A stretch of 63,205 nt of DNA, filler included, from Bigelowiella natans CCMP2755 (lineage: Eukaryota; Protista; Cercozoa): assembly GCA_000320545.1 (NCBI GenBank). It is 9 parts of 9 records of this genome, joined end to end, with 100 filler letters (N's around TTAATTAATTAA, not from the genome) between each part and the next. Parts side by side here need not be neighbours in the genome. Positions count along the whole stretch, not along the records: positions 24,284 to 46,947 come from ADNK01001789.1; positions 47,048 to 48,879 come from ADNK01001223.1; positions 48,980 to 58,303 come from ADNK01002668.1; 6 more parts are not named here. One strand, written 5' to 3'. How positions within the stretch are numbered: position 1 is the stretch's first letter; each line of letters begins with the position of its first letter. The notes under the pieces are model-generated. The model was not told the DNA's origin. It worked only from the letters and a program-made list of their open reading frames with translations, and did no database searches. A program made the translations under genes and the position numbers. Of the stretch, positions 38,563 to 52,595 are shown piece after piece.

Positions 38563-39180
38563 CTGCTGCCTTATAGCCATCACCATCACAAGCAGTACAC
38601 ACAATAATCATAATTCATAAGCTATGATGAAGAAGGACGAGGACCGAGCGTGGCGCCGCCAGATAGGCACAGACAGTTGCGACCAAACGTGTGTCTGCAC
38701 ACGTGTGATGGGGAGGGGGGATGGGGCAAATTAGCGGCAAGATAGGGAAACAAGCGAAGTAGTCTGAACCCATGTCCAAAAAATCGCATGCTGCTGTTAT
38801 TGCTGCTACTCTCTCACTCGCTTCAACACCTACTACTACAATATGAATTTCCAGAGCGAGCGCCATTATAATGTTCGCTATCATTTATACCGTAGATGAT
38901 AGAAATAGGTCAACTTATCGGCCGATGTTACATCCTCGAGATTCTTCGTGCACACGGAGCTTTCGGGGGAGGGGGGGGGGGGGAGAGGGGGGCAACATAA
39001 ACAGCGTAAGCAACATGCAATGACGCAAAATCACTTCTAGTATCTTACCGAAGTCCTTTTGCGACAACGCTTAGACACTTTTCCAACGTCTGTATAGGCG
39101 AATGCACAACAACGATTGATACCTCATCGTAGGCAATGCAACTGCTGCTTTATTTGCTCCTTATTCTACCATGGATATGC

Positions 39181-39223
<43 letters not shown>

Positions 39224-40172
39224 GTTGCTGCTGTTTTTCTGCTGTTGTTGTTGGCGGTGGTGGTGGTGGTGCTCATCCTCAAATCGCCTCGGCACCTTCT
39301 TTGTCCCGCCGGTATGAAGCACGTGGTACAAAGTCCCCTTGCCAGGGAGAGCCCGCGTGAGCTTTTTCGATAAAACAATCGAGGTGAGTAAGAAACCGAA
39401 GAACAAGCCAAAAACGAGGTTGCTTTGTAGCGTCATCGCTTCGATATCATCACCCCCCTTCTAACCGTTTCAATCGAGATCGATACGGAAGAAAGCAAGT
39501 GGGCATTCACGAGACTCTCCCGGTTTAATCATCATCAGTGTTTTCGCTTGAAAATTGGAATAATCCGATTGCAGGAGTGCGTCGGCTGTGCATCTCAATT
39601 CGGTCTGGCTATGAATTGGCTCGGGGCGCGAACGGTATGAGCTGTAGCAATCACCTTTTTCCGGAGAAACCACATCAGAGGAAAGGAATCCTCCCGACCT
39701 ATTCACCAATTTTCCCATCGAGCAGGAAAAAGAACACCGCCATAATATAAGTATGAAACGTGTGATTTAGGAGGGAGGGAGGGAGGGAGGGGGGCATAAA
39801 GACAACAACCTCTGCCATCATCGAAGAGGCTCGTATTTCCAATGGATGGAAATACCATCGTGTATCATCATTTTAGTTAGCTACATTCGCTACTACTACC
39901 CATGAGACTTTCCAAGGTTTCGATCGTATTCGCCGCACGATCCGTACTGATTTGCATAGATGATGATGAGTAAATACATCGGTGATTCATTATGCTATGT
40001 AGCATTCAAAGATGGGCTAATAATGTCTTCGGTGCCGTTGAGGCCACCCGCGCGAGAAAAGGACTTAATTTCTGGGGTCTTTGTGACTTATTGCCGTTTA
40101 CTTATCACCCCCCTCACTCTTTCTGGCTGTTCTATTCACTATCACCACTACCTAATTACATAAAGAAATATA

Positions 40173-40214
<42 letters not shown>

Positions 40215-40700
40215 TATGCTCGGTTCTCGGCCCTCCATCAGCATGCAGCAATTTCCATCACCCATATCACCTTGCATCGGGCTTTTTCTTCCATCTAACA
40301 TGTAAAATGGGGTGGAAGAACAGAGGAGGACAAATACAGAGCAGTCACAACGACAATTCTGAGTGTGCTATATACACTAAATTGACGAGAGCTGTGATTG
40401 TGTGCCCCCCCCCCCTCTCTCTCTCTCTCTGTGTGTGTGTGTGTTAGTGTGGCGGTGTGGCGCTTTTTTGTTTGATTTCTCCCGATAACAACTGACACTT
40501 TTTCTAAAACGATAACATTGGGAAAAGCATTGCATATTGGTTGAGGGGCTGTTAGATTCTTCCAACACTAGTATTCATATAAGTCAGAAGCAGTCGTCAT
40601 CATAACCATAATTAATCATCCCTACTTGTCGAGGCCTTGAAGACGGTCTAGTTTTGCCGAGTGTATCAACCACTCACGGTATCTGGTATTATACATATAG

Positions 40701-40789
<89 letters not shown>

Positions 40790-41474
40790 GATATATGAAT
40801 ACATAAATATATATTTTAATTTGCCAACATACAACGTCAGAGGTGAACATATCACGTTTGAATGTTGATAAAAATTCCTATCTACTCGCGTAGTAATAGT
40901 GATAGTGATAGTGATGTGTCTTGAGAAAGAAGAGAAAGAAGTAATAATTGTGGTCTGGCTGCTCACGTAGCTGCTTTGCGTCTGAGTTCCGATGTTTTGA
41001 GATGTGCGACATAAAAATCATAGCCCTGCATACAACACAGCAACCGTCATGTTGTAATAGTCGAGAGGGTTCTCCATCAGGGAGTCTTATAGTTCTTCTT
41101 CAACTTCTTCTTCTTCTTCTACTACTACTGCTACTACTACTACTGTAAAGTTAATGAGGAGTGGAAATAACCACCCATATAATCCTGAACAGGTTCTGTA
41201 CTCGTCGCGCAAGAAGGATCCAAACACGAAAGGCTGTGACGACATTGTATCAGCATGCTAATCATCAACAATCAAACATGAGAATTGTCACTCAAATCCT
41301 CACGTAATCTACTCGCCCATACATGCACTTCGTGTCAATACAGTGCTCTATTATTGCTACTTTGTGTATTTTTTTTTAAATGTTACAGGGCTTGAGTTAA
41401 GGGACTGAATGAAGAGTTACCAACATCTCCTTCGCATTGTAAGTAGCATTGTTTGCGTGTGTGTGTGTGTGCGT

Positions 41475-41517
<43 letters not shown>

Positions 41518-41692
41518 CATGTCTGGAAAAAAGACAAAGAAGCGCAACTACCTGTTACGACGGCGGCCAGAGCTGCACCATGCCGGACCATCAGCATTGC
41601 AAGCTCTTTCGGAGCAAAGAGGAAGTTTCCCACCCTTAGCGCTCGTTTTAGAATAAGAAGAATAAGCCATCGCAGCCTGGTAATCGTGGCCT
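32600..41692 (-). CDS. Patatin-domain triacylglycerol lipase (SDP1/TGL4-like), many exons; ends approximate
   Basis: YREWLIHSAKLDRLQG (DUF3336-like), HTFGRNCLCLSGGATLG|MYHVGVVKALFEAGVLPRVISG|SSAG (oxyanion and GxSxG motifs), RTFEEAHDLTG, TPNVLVWSA, QWIDG, IPTERLAQLFNVRYRIVSQV and QGYSGDCTIRP. Confidence 0.92.
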
Positions 41693-42351
41693 AAAGAACG
41701 AAGCAACGAGTGCAAAGTTGAGCTACTTCCCATAGATTTCTGTCAGAATTTAGCTGGAATCAACACTCATCGCCGCCACCCACTTCCTCCGATCCCGTTA
41801 CTATTGATTAGTATTTTTAACCACAGTTTTTGGAGGCTGCATGCCAGCGGAAGGCTCCTGTCGGCTAGGGGAGGATGGAAGCGAGCGGAAATAATCTGCC
41901 AGGAGTCAAGCCCTAAATAACGGGTGAAAAACTAGGAGAGAAAGAATCCAGTGGAATTTACTCTAAAGACATCCTTTTTAGTCTACGACAATGAATAAAA
42001 GCATGTTGCTCAAAGCGACGACAAGCAACAGCCGTCAACTACCCCATGGATTTCAAATGTAGGGGGGTATCCATGTGTCTAGTAGCTGCATAAAATACGA
42101 GCGGTTTATATCGTGCGACATCGGGACACCCTCATCGAGAATTTCTTGATTTTCTGGTCTGAAAGGGTTGGCGTAAGAGTAGAAACCCTATGGATTTTTC
42201 ATCGTGCCTGTTCCAAAAATTGGATTGTCGCAGGATCAAATTTCACTTTGTTTTCGATCCATTTTTACCCTTTTCTTGTCGGAGAATTTCAATTCGGGAC
42301 GTGGAACACCCATTATTCGCTCGCCCATCGCCCTCACCCTCTCTGACCAAA

Positions 42352-43805
42352 ATGACGGAAAACAAAACTTCCGTGGGTTTTCCCAAAGGCCTTATTGTTA
42401 AGCTGGCTGGAATATCTGACGAGCTGTGCACACGGTTTCTAGCATTTGATATAGTGAGGGGGCGATGTCGATGACGTGACATGTGAATGAACATTTACCA
42501 CAGCGAGCGCCTTAAAGAGATTTTCTACGAGTGCGGGGAGATCCAGTACATCGATTTCGGACGGTGAGTTGACGAAATATGCTCTTCGATTTGCCGCAAA
42601 CGATCAACACAGAGATGCAGCGCCACTCACATCCAGACACCCACAACATCGTTGCTTTGGTGTCGATCTTGCACAATGAATTCAATCAAATCTTCTTACA
42701 TCAGAGGCGGTGATATGGCCCATCTCCGATTTGGTGTGGTAGGAGATGCCAGAAGAGCTGCGGAGGTGTGACCACATCATTTCTTCGACACAAGCTTGTC
42801 GCATATACACTTCAGGCTTTGAATAGTTTAAATACGCGTACGTAAAATATGCGCACTTCTGTTATTTTTTTAAAAAAGCCTAAATAAGCTTGCCCCTATT
42901 TTATATTTCTCGTCCCTCTGTTCTCAATAACCTCAACATCGTTGCAGTTCGGGAAGTCGATGCCTGATGAGATAAAGCTTCTTGGAAATGTAGTAGGTGT
43001 GTGTAGAGCAGATGTAAGCAGAACAGTGAGAAGTGACTCAGATACTAGTGTAAAGATGAAATTAATATATGCTGTGGATATCTATACGTATCAGCATCGT
43101 CGTTATATATGCTGTGGATATCTATACGTATCAGCATCGTCGTTGCCCCCCCTTCCCCCCCCCCCCTCCTCGCCGTCATCATAAGCAGCCTACATGATTT
43201 TATCTACTCTCTCAGTAACCCATCTTGAAGGGGAGGAGGAGCTTGCCTACCACCGCCACATTAAAAAGTGCATGGAGGAGCGACAACAAGCCATTAAAAA
43301 CAAAAAGAAAGGTAAAGCGGACGGGGAGGGAAGAGGACTGCAGAAAACCATGTCCTCAACGACTTTACTGATGTTCCATTCATTTAAATCGTTGAATACG
43401 TTCCCATCTGCTTGTACAATCTGCACAGGGAGAAAGCGCGGGAGGGAGGATTCTGAAGGGCCATTCACTTGCGCGCAGTGCGAGAAAGAGTACAGTGACA
43501 AATAATGCATATTATAAAACGAATATTAGCCAGAACGACCCGGACGGGTTTTAGATGTGTGGTGACGCGGTGAAGAAATCATCTGTTCTGTGTTATTCGC
43601 GGCTTCTTCTTACTGAGGCGTTCGTTGCTCGCAGCTTTCGCAGCTTCCCCATTGACCGTCAATTCCTCCTCCTCCTCTTCCTCCTCCTCCTCCTCCTACC
43701 ACCTCTTCCCCCTCAACCCCCTTTGTGTTGGTATCCAGTCTCCCTGGCTCGGCCTTCTCCAAAAGGCAGCTTAAGAAATCACGGAAAGTCTGCAGGGTAG
43801 TAATT

Positions 43806-43842
<37 letters not shown>

Positions 43843-44083
43843 CCTAAGATAGTAAGAGAGGATCACGGTAACACTGATGATGATGATGACGATGATGATT
43901 GTGTTGGCTATTGCCATTTGATGTGTCATACGTGCTTTCTGGTACTAAGCTACAGCGATACGAGAGATGATGACGATAATGATAATGATGATGATGATGA
44001 TGATGATGATGTTTATTATTTTCCTTGGCACGAAGCATCTCTTTGAAGAAGACGTCAGTATGGATGTGACTTTATATATAAAG

Positions 44084-44121
<38 letters not shown>

Positions 44122-44595
44122 TTTATATAAATACAGGAGTGCCTGAAGATCGCTGGGCCGCAACATGGCATCGTAGTGAGGGTCTGCAAGATCAAAAAAC
44201 ATCGATGATACCACTGCAAGACTAGTGACATTAATTCACCCTCTTTTTTCATCGTTGTCCTATTGATTTTGTATGTTGCTGTGCTACTCTCTCTCTCTCT
44301 CTCTTTTCTCTTCTCTCTCTCTCCCTCACGCGCACACACACACACACACACACACACGCACTCGTAAACCTTCAGCAAAGAAAAGAGGACATTACCTGCA
44401 TGATCTGCCTCGTCGAATTCGCATCGCGCAATAAGCTCTTCAAGCACCTGAAGTGAGTTGCGAGCACAGAACATGATGAAGCCAATTAATGATATGGACA
44501 CCGCAACACTAATGATTCGTTAATAACGTTGTCACGATGTTGGTAGGTAGAAGTCATTGGTCTTAGTTTAACTCTTTGAGAATAATGAACTATAC

Positions 44596-44644
<49 letters not shown>

Positions 44645-44759
44645 CGTGAGAGAGAGAGAGATAGAGAGAGAGAGAGGTGGAGAAAGCTAGTTACCGTCCA
44701 CTAATTTCACCATTGAAGTGTCTTTTACAACTATCCCCACCACCATCGTCTGGTATCTG

Positions 44760-44795
<36 letters not shown>

Positions 44796-45212
44796 GTAAT
44801 CCTCATCATCGTCACAATCACCATACCATAGAGCTACGGGGCACGACAAGAAGAACATACCTCCGAGAGAGGGGAAAGGTGATGATAAGGGCAAAACAGA
44901 AGGAATAGACAGAAAGTAGCGGATTAACGTAGATACCTATATGGATCAAAATAATAGGATCCAAAGAAGAAGATGGCATTGAGATTTTGTTGAAACAAGC
45001 CCCAATGACGACAGTGAAGATTACTTATTTCGTCTGCTATATGGGAATGATAAACTAATTATTGTCCTTTCATCTCCTCTCCCACAGCAGCCGTTTGCCG
45101 CCCTTGCGGTGGTGAGGAGAAGGCGCCCACCCCTCCAACAGACGATGGTGCCGACACGAAGGAGGACGGCGAGCCGCAGCAGCCAGCCCCCAAGAAGCAG
45201 AAGACGAAGATA
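42352..45212 (+). CDS. xRRM (La/LARP7 RRM2-type) + Stc1-like zinc finger + C2H2 zinc finger protein; 3' end uncertain
   Basis: Exons: GLIVKLAGISDELCTR|ERLKEIFYECGEIQYIDFGR|GGDMAHLRFG..DARRAAE|...|VTHLEGEEELAYHRHI (xRRM); CAQCEK|DLPGSAFSKRQLKKSRKVCR|ECLK; CMICLVEFASRNKLFKHLK|ATGH; NLS-like PAPKKQK. Confidence 0.75.
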
Positions 45213-46749
45213 GGTTGTGTTGCCGTTTGTTGTGAGGTCTCCGTGTTGAAATACAATGCTAGGTTATGCGATGCGGCTAAAACTCGCACAAAAATCATTC
45301 ATGACATGCGCACAATTGAAAGGCTTTCATGGAGGGTTTTTTTAACTTCTAGTGTTTGGTTCACCCCTTCGCTCCCCTGCTGCGGTACATGCAGAATCTT
45401 CCGGGATCAGTAGATGGTCAATGTGCACGATGAGCTAATCAACGGCCCGGGTCAATCGCTGCGAAACAGTGGGATTCCAAGAAATTTAAAATGCGGCATG
45501 TGGCATATCGCGGCATGCGACAGTGCTATGCGACCATGCGTCCAAATGTTATGTTGCACATATAGTATTGTAGCATCATATGTGATTTATCTTTGCTTAT
45601 TGTCTACACATGTTACGATGATGGTGCCAGAAGTTCTATAACAGGCATCATTTTGTCTGCTACCAGCATGGGTGTGCATGGCTTATGCCGACGGTGCTAT
45701 GTGACAGCCTACATCAGGATGACCATTGGAAAGATTTAATCAATTCATTACATCCGTCTCATATAACAGCAACATCACCGCTGGTAGCTCGTGGGTCATT
45801 CATTAATTGTTGCATTGAACTAATTATGAAGCCGATAGCTAGCCATAGTGCGCTCATTATTGTCATTACTTTGGCATGAACACAACATGAGCAGGCTGTC
45901 AGGCCAGTACGTATGCAGCCGCAAGGACCTCAATAAGCTTGACTAGTTATTACCTCATTAAAACTGACGCACACGATATACGTACCGCTATTGTGCATGC
46001 ACCGACTCTGCACTCGTCACGAGCCAGGCTAGCAGGCTGCACAAGCCATCATCCGTAGACGACATCGTTTAACACAGCTAATAAAAGCTCTATCAAGAGC
46101 TGATGATAGCATTTGCATCTTTCTAGCTTTTCGCTTCTGTGACGTATACGTATCTACGCAGCAAAATAAAGCGCAGCTGTGTGCGCTAATAACATAAACT
46201 GCTCCATATGCATTGCAGTTTCATATAGTATCATGCTGTAATTGGACGCTTGTCTGGCGATGGTGATACATATTAGCACGTAAGCTTTCTGTCCCATTGC
46301 ATTGCTCAGCTATTTATCGTAATTACAAAAGTACTGTTCCTCACGCGGATACTGTGTTTCATGAATGGTTTGGATGGATACCGTACACCGCCATTGTGTG
46401 GGTAGGTAGCCGCGTCATTGCGCATGTCTGTGGGAGACCTCACCGACTGAAAACCATCCAACTTGAACGACGATGCGAATTGGGTTGGATGATCATCAGT
46501 TGTTTGGAGCTGCATCCCCGGCCATGTTGAGCCTTTGCTTCTTGAAGCCTCTGTTATTTTCTTGTGGGATCCTACCCGGTGTAAGTGTGAGTGTAAGTGT
46601 GCAGATTGTGTGCAGCAGGGGGAATGTACACCTACTTCGTCAGAAACGCTCCAGATCATGAGCATAGTACACCACATATTATTTTGTTGCCTTTCTATCC
46701 GTTTACCCCACCCCCCTCCCCCCTCTCTCTCGCTCTCTCTGTCTTTCTC

Positions 46750-46789
<40 letters not shown>

Positions 46790-47047
46790 TATTAACCTTT
46801 GGATGATTTCCATGTGCGGCACCCGTATGTGAGCTGACAGTGTAAGCGTGGCAAGATTTGTGACTGACCCGCTTGCTCCTTCATTTACTCCTCCCCCTCC
46901 CACCCCCCCCCTTTGCCCCTTCTCCAGATTGATCCGTAAAACCCGTGNNNNNNNNNNNNNNNNNNNNNNNNNNNNNNNNNNNNNNNNNNNNTTAATTAAT
47001 TAANNNNNNNNNNNNNNNNNNNNNNNNNNNNNNNNNNNNNNNNNNNN

Positions 47048-47502
47048 AAGCCATGGACCTTTACGAGACAGGCAGTGCCCCGGATCAGGCAGCTGGAGAA
47101 AATACACACTACAGTTAGTGCGCTACGAGACGTTGAGGCGATAATGAAGGCTTTTGTAAATGAACATGGATGCTTACTCCATACCCCAGGCTATTAGAAC
47201 ATACAGAGCAGTGATGCAGCATGAGCGAGAACTTGCTAGAGACTTTGCCACGCCGCTTCCAGGATATGATTGACGAACTACATGATGTCAATTACAACAC
47301 AGGTGACGATCAGGCAAGGTTTGAAGAGTTCAAGTTAAAGATAAAGGAATCCACTTACGTCACGGAGAAAGGCTACACCCCGATGGAGGCAGCAGTGCGG
47401 GCTATATCCCTACGCGAGCAGGAGCCCGACCGCAAGTTTACCAGCCATAAGGTACCTGGCATAGGAAACATTAACGTTATTAAGCCGCAGGGAGAATGGT
47501 AC
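47048..47502 (+). pseudogene. gag: Third, diverged gag fragment of the same LTR family
   Basis: Aligns to 23471-23922 with roughly two dozen substitutions and small indels. Ends abruptly at a (TA)n tract. Confidence 0.9.
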
Positions 47503-47505
47503 ATA

Positions 47506-47540
<35 letters not shown>

Positions 47541-47635
47541 CACAACACTAATTTCCCAATTTCAAGATCACATATTTCTTGCTAAGGAACACCACATAAG
47601 GAGGGGGGGGGGGCGGGGGGGGATAGAAGAAAACG

Positions 47636-48414
47636 TACATTTCCCGCGTCGTCGACAGCAATCCCGTAAGGCGAGTGGAACTCGGCGACATCTCGAGGTC
47701 CATCAGCATAGCTGCTACAATAGAGGCCGCTATAGACGTTGCCAGCGTACGTCGTGACGATGTGAGAGGGAGAAATCTTCCGGATTTTGTCGTGGCCCTG
47801 ATTTCACGCGTAAATAATAACGATGCGGCTGTTATCCCATGTGGAGGTTGGGGGTATTCCAACATCTTCCACCACCGCCGCCACTATCATCAACATCATC
47901 ATCATCATCATTATCGGATTACATAGTCGCAGTCCATCACGCAATCTCCGACGTAGAGGTTGTCGTAGCTGTCAAACGCCAGCCCATAGGAAAACATAAA
48001 TTTGGCCTTTTTTCGGCCCTGGGTGCAGGAGCAAACCCAATATGAGAAAAATATTGAAGAGGGGGGGGGGATGGGGGCGGGGGGGGACAAAAAACCATTT
48101 AAATAATGGATGTTTTCAGGAAATCATCATCATTTTCACCAAGGGATTGGGTCACGATACATTCCCCCATTTACGGGGCCTTTTTCCCCGTTTCCCGGGA
48201 CATGGGAAGGAACCCCTGCACAGGGGGGGGGGGGGGGGGCAAAGGGGCGCTGTCATCGTGGTGTTTACGCATATATCCAATTGAATTTGTTTATCCGTGA
48301 AAGGCCATGCTCTGGACCTTGTGGGTGCTTATCTCAAGAACTACATGCTAGACCGCGCGGATGCCATCATGTCCACCATTTTGCCGATATGTCGGAAGAA
48401 AAAGGTAAGATTGC

Positions 48415-48448
<34 letters not shown>

Positions 48449-48875
48449 GGGGCCAGCCAACAACCAAAGAAGATCGCCAAAAGCACTGACATGGGAGAAG
48501 AATGGATGGGGCAGAATGGGCAGGGAGAATATCATGGGGGGGGGGGGGGGAGGGGCAATCCACCAAATACGAAATTGCTCCCACGTCGTCTTCCCGGGAC
48601 GAGTAGTTCCTACTACCACTTCCCTATCATGCCTGTAAAGGCGATCGATTACCATCAGGGGAGATCTTGATGATGACTCCTCTCGAGCAGTCTGACACGT
48701 AGACATCGCCCTTTGCGTTCACGGCAATGCCGTACACGTGCCATAAGCACGATGGGTCGCTCAAACTGCGCGGCGTGCCGCTTCCATCGAAGAACGTTGT
48801 CACACTGGGGAAGGAGACGAAGAGAAGGACTTCAGGATTCGGCGCCGCGGACACGCGCGATGAAGACACACACAC
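47636..48875 (-). CDS. NHL-repeat beta-propeller protein, partial
   Basis: VYGIAVNAKGDVYVSDCSRGVIIKISPDG; YGLAFDSYDNLYVGDC; DKIRKISPSHIVTTLAG...DGPRDVAEFHSPYGIAVDDAGNV. Confidence 0.85.
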
Positions 48876-49142
48876 ACACNNNNNNNNNNNNNNNNNNNNN
48901 NNNNNNNNNNNNNNNNNNNNNNNTTAATTAATTAANNNNNNNNNNNNNNNNNNNNNNNNNNNNNNNNNNNNNNNNNNNNGTTGGACTGAACCAGCTTTCG
49001 ATTATACGAATGGAAGAGAGCTCTCGTGACTCGATCCTACCCCGGAAGAGTGACCAATTCCCTACACCACTTTCACTGATGTTTCAAGTAGTAAATTAGT
49101 GTTTCTTCCATTTAATGCATCATATCTGATCTTTCCATCCGT

Positions 49143-49175
<33 letters not shown>

Positions 49176-49927
49176 TAAGCTACATGTGCAGAGTGAGCGA
49201 CAACAGACATGGAATACGCTACATATTCCGCTGAGTCTACATTGTAGCGTGGTGCTAGCTCGCTCGCGCATTCATCTACGTCTAATATGATGCAAACGAA
49301 TGAAGCCGCAATTTCAATCAAAGCGATGTTACGATGTTACGTCTTGCAGTCCATGGTGCATGCACATGTCTAGATGTGCATGTGTGCACATGCAAGCATT
49401 TGATCATTTCATCGCATCCGCATTTCATCTGCCAACATGATGTGGAGCATGTTTTTTGAACAAGCACAATGTGTGCAAACAAGCAACACATGGCAGAAAC
49501 AAATGCTACGTGTGACGTGAGTGCTGCACAGTTGCTGCCTCGCACAGCTGCCGCCTCACAATGGACACAGCAACATGATGCATGTCACATGTGCATCGTG
49601 TTGTGGCCGACATCACCAGAAGAAGCCTTTCCAGCGCACGCACATTTTGCCATTGCATCAGCAACAAACTTGTTGCAGCACCCAATGCAATTAGCTAGTC
49701 ATTTCATTGACACCGTCTAGCTGGCTAGCCGTGCCAGCTAGCCGGCTAGCAGGAATGCGTGACTTGGCAGTGCGCATGCAAAGTTGACATTTGTTTGCGC
49801 TCAACAATCACAAATGACAGGCCCGAATAGGTCTGCCGGAAGAAAGAACGCTGCACGAACTCTCGCGACACGAACCAGAAGGCACGCAAGAGCAATGCGA
49901 CGCTGACGAAGGCCTTGTTTTGAGACC

Positions 49928-50194
49928 ATGAGACGCCACAACGCCACAGGAGCACACTCACAATTGCACACTCATTGGCACATTGCAATTGACGTGGAGA
50001 AAGAGAAGATGAAACAATGCAAGAGGACGTGCGCGTGTTTGCACGTGCGAGCACATTGCAACCCTTCTTTTGAGCGCTGGGTGGTCACCACATGCACCTG
50101 TAGCTTGCCTCTGAATGAGGCCGCCGATCTAGCGATGCCAACGGCGTGTCACCACAATCATCCCGCTCCTCGATGTTGCATCCCCGCGATGTGA
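49928..50194 (+). mobile_element. Relic of MULE/FAR1-like transposase DNA-binding domain
   Basis: KRTCACLHVRAHCNPSFERWVVTT...HNHP resembles the FAR1/WRKY-GCM1 pattern (RTGC.A.+.V....W.V....HNHP). Lies in a TpA-depleted tract. Confidence 0.5.
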
Positions 50195-50701
50195 TGCGCT
50201 GTAGACGATCGATGTCATGTCTTGCAAAGCCTTGAAGATGGACTGATCACTTTGATTGCATCCCCTTGCCCACAGCCAATGCTAGCATGGCTGGTTTGTC
50301 GTCGTCAAGTTTAACGGGTAGATCTAATGGTAACTCTCATTAAATTCCTTGAGATTTGGTAGAACGACAACATTTTATGTTTGTCGCAGTGTGGAAACTG
50401 AATGGATTTCTCGTGATTTCCGGGTGTTATTTCAAAAGGACAACAGAAAATTTACTCCCATTCCTCACAGTTTCCCTCCAGAGAATGGAAAAGATCAGTT
50501 CCTGAGGATCGGTCCGTTTGGGGGAGAGCATTTTTTGAATTTGGAAATGAGATTTGTACTTTGCTGCAACCCAAAAAACAGACCTCGCCTCATTGCGATA
50601 GGAGTCATTGAGCCTCGGAGAAATTTAAAGTTGTCCTGCTTGATTGAGTCCTCATCGCAGCTGTGTTATCCGTTTTCAGGCACGAATTCGGAATCGAAAT
50701 C

Positions 50702-52544
50702 ATGGCAACAGCCTCCTCCATACCTTCATCTGAGGCTAGCATTATCTTGGCGCCGGAAGTTGTGGAATATAGGTAGTACATTTAAGCAAAGCCTGAATTC
50801 CCCCGATGGCCATTAAATGATACTCAACGATTACATCAGAAAGAGTAGAGCAAAATGTCTTAAAGATGCGCTGGAGGTCTTGGAATCGGACTTTCTTTTA
50901 GGAATGGTCATCAGATGCGACGATGATTTCGAGTAATTCACACATGAAACCCGATTTCCTGTTGATCGGGAGAGCATAGTATACCTGTTATGTTATTGAT
51001 CTGAGAAAGCATGATACCCATTACATCCAGGCAGCGATTCGAGAAGTTTCGATGGTGGCAGAAGAAAGTAAGTTGCAACGAATTATTACAACAGAGTAGG
51101 ACTCAGGGATTATGCGTGCCGAGACTTTAGCAAAATTAAAGAACATCGTTAATAACCCCCCCCCCCTCCTCCCAACCTCTCTCAGGCGATGGGCCTGCGG
51201 CATCCATACGGTGAGGACAATCTCGTAATACCACGGCAAGAAGAGAAAGCATAAATGCATTATTAATCAGATCCTGAGGCTCTTTATTCGTTGGAGGAAA
51301 TCAAATTGGAGAGTAGCGAAATAAGTATGCACATCGAAATATAAAAATACACCATTATACAGTGTCATGCACGTGTGCTCGTGTTATCTTTCTATGCATC
51401 TGTGCGATAACTCAATATTTCCCAACAAAGTGACGTGTATTATCTAAACGGTATTGGAAAAAAATTCTTTTTCTTCGTACAGAGTCCCTTTCCAAAGAAA
51501 TCCGTTGCCTTCCGAAACTTACGGTAGCGGCCCCATTATAAAAGTCGTATACGCGCACAGAAGTGCGAGTCTGTCCTTCCTTCTCATGTCCACGTACACT
51601 GACAGGTTTTAAAGGTTGGCTACAACGCGTTGAAAGAGCTTCCAGATGAAATATCTTGCCTTATAAAGCTGGAAGAGCTTCACGCACAAGAAAACGAACT
51701 CAGGGTGGTTGATATGAAAGTGGGAGAGGGTAGAAAGATCCTGGAAGACAAATGCAGTGTTGTGCGTTCGAAAAATTTCTCTGTACAGCCACCAGAGCAA
51801 CAACCCCAATCTTTGCCAATCTCTTGATATGATTGCTTACCATTTTTCGCTATCATGATTTCACACGCGAGCCGCCCTCTTGACCACTATTGTTCACTTG
51901 CAAAAACTTGCGAAAAACAGGAGTTGCCGGACACCATAGGAGAACTTGAGAAGCTGCGGCTGCTAATGCTGGAAGGGAATTCCTTCCATACCCTCAACAA
52001 TAAAATCGGTAGTGGTGAATAGTGGCATTGCGATTGGAAAATACCTTGGAAGAAGATGACGGGAGGGGGGGGGAGAATACTTTAGATCGCATGCCGTCAA
52101 TGCACTGTTAATACCGGGTAAGTGGATGCTACGAAAGACCCCCCAACTGCGTTCCCTGCTGCGTGATTTATACGTTGTGAGGATATGTTCTCCCTCTCTA
52201 CAGGGAAGCTGCACCTTCTGAAAAGACTACTGCTATCACACAATAAGCTCATCGAGATGCCGACGACAATAGAGCAGCTAGTTAAACTCCAGGTCGAGCA
52301 TAAAAGCATAAAAGCCCCGCACCACTGCTCTAGGTCGCCTCGATTCTAATTCTTCTGTTACAATTTACCTGTGATAAGGAGCTTGACCTGCGGGCGAATC
52401 GGCTCAAGGAGCTTCCGGATGAAATCAAAGGCCTAGTATCTCTCCGAAGATTAGATCTAAGACAGGTGAGGAACGATTGTGAAGCTTGATGTGATACAAT
52501 ACTGCCCTATGTTGGACACACAATAAAGCGTTATGTCCTATCAT

Positions 52545-52595
<51 letters not shown>

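Noticed and set aside
47048-47502. Third gag copy as evidence of TpA hypermutation
   Set aside because: Only about 3 of roughly two dozen differences are TA->TG/CA, most TpAs persist, and many changes are transversions or indels. This fits ordinary decay or contig-end error.
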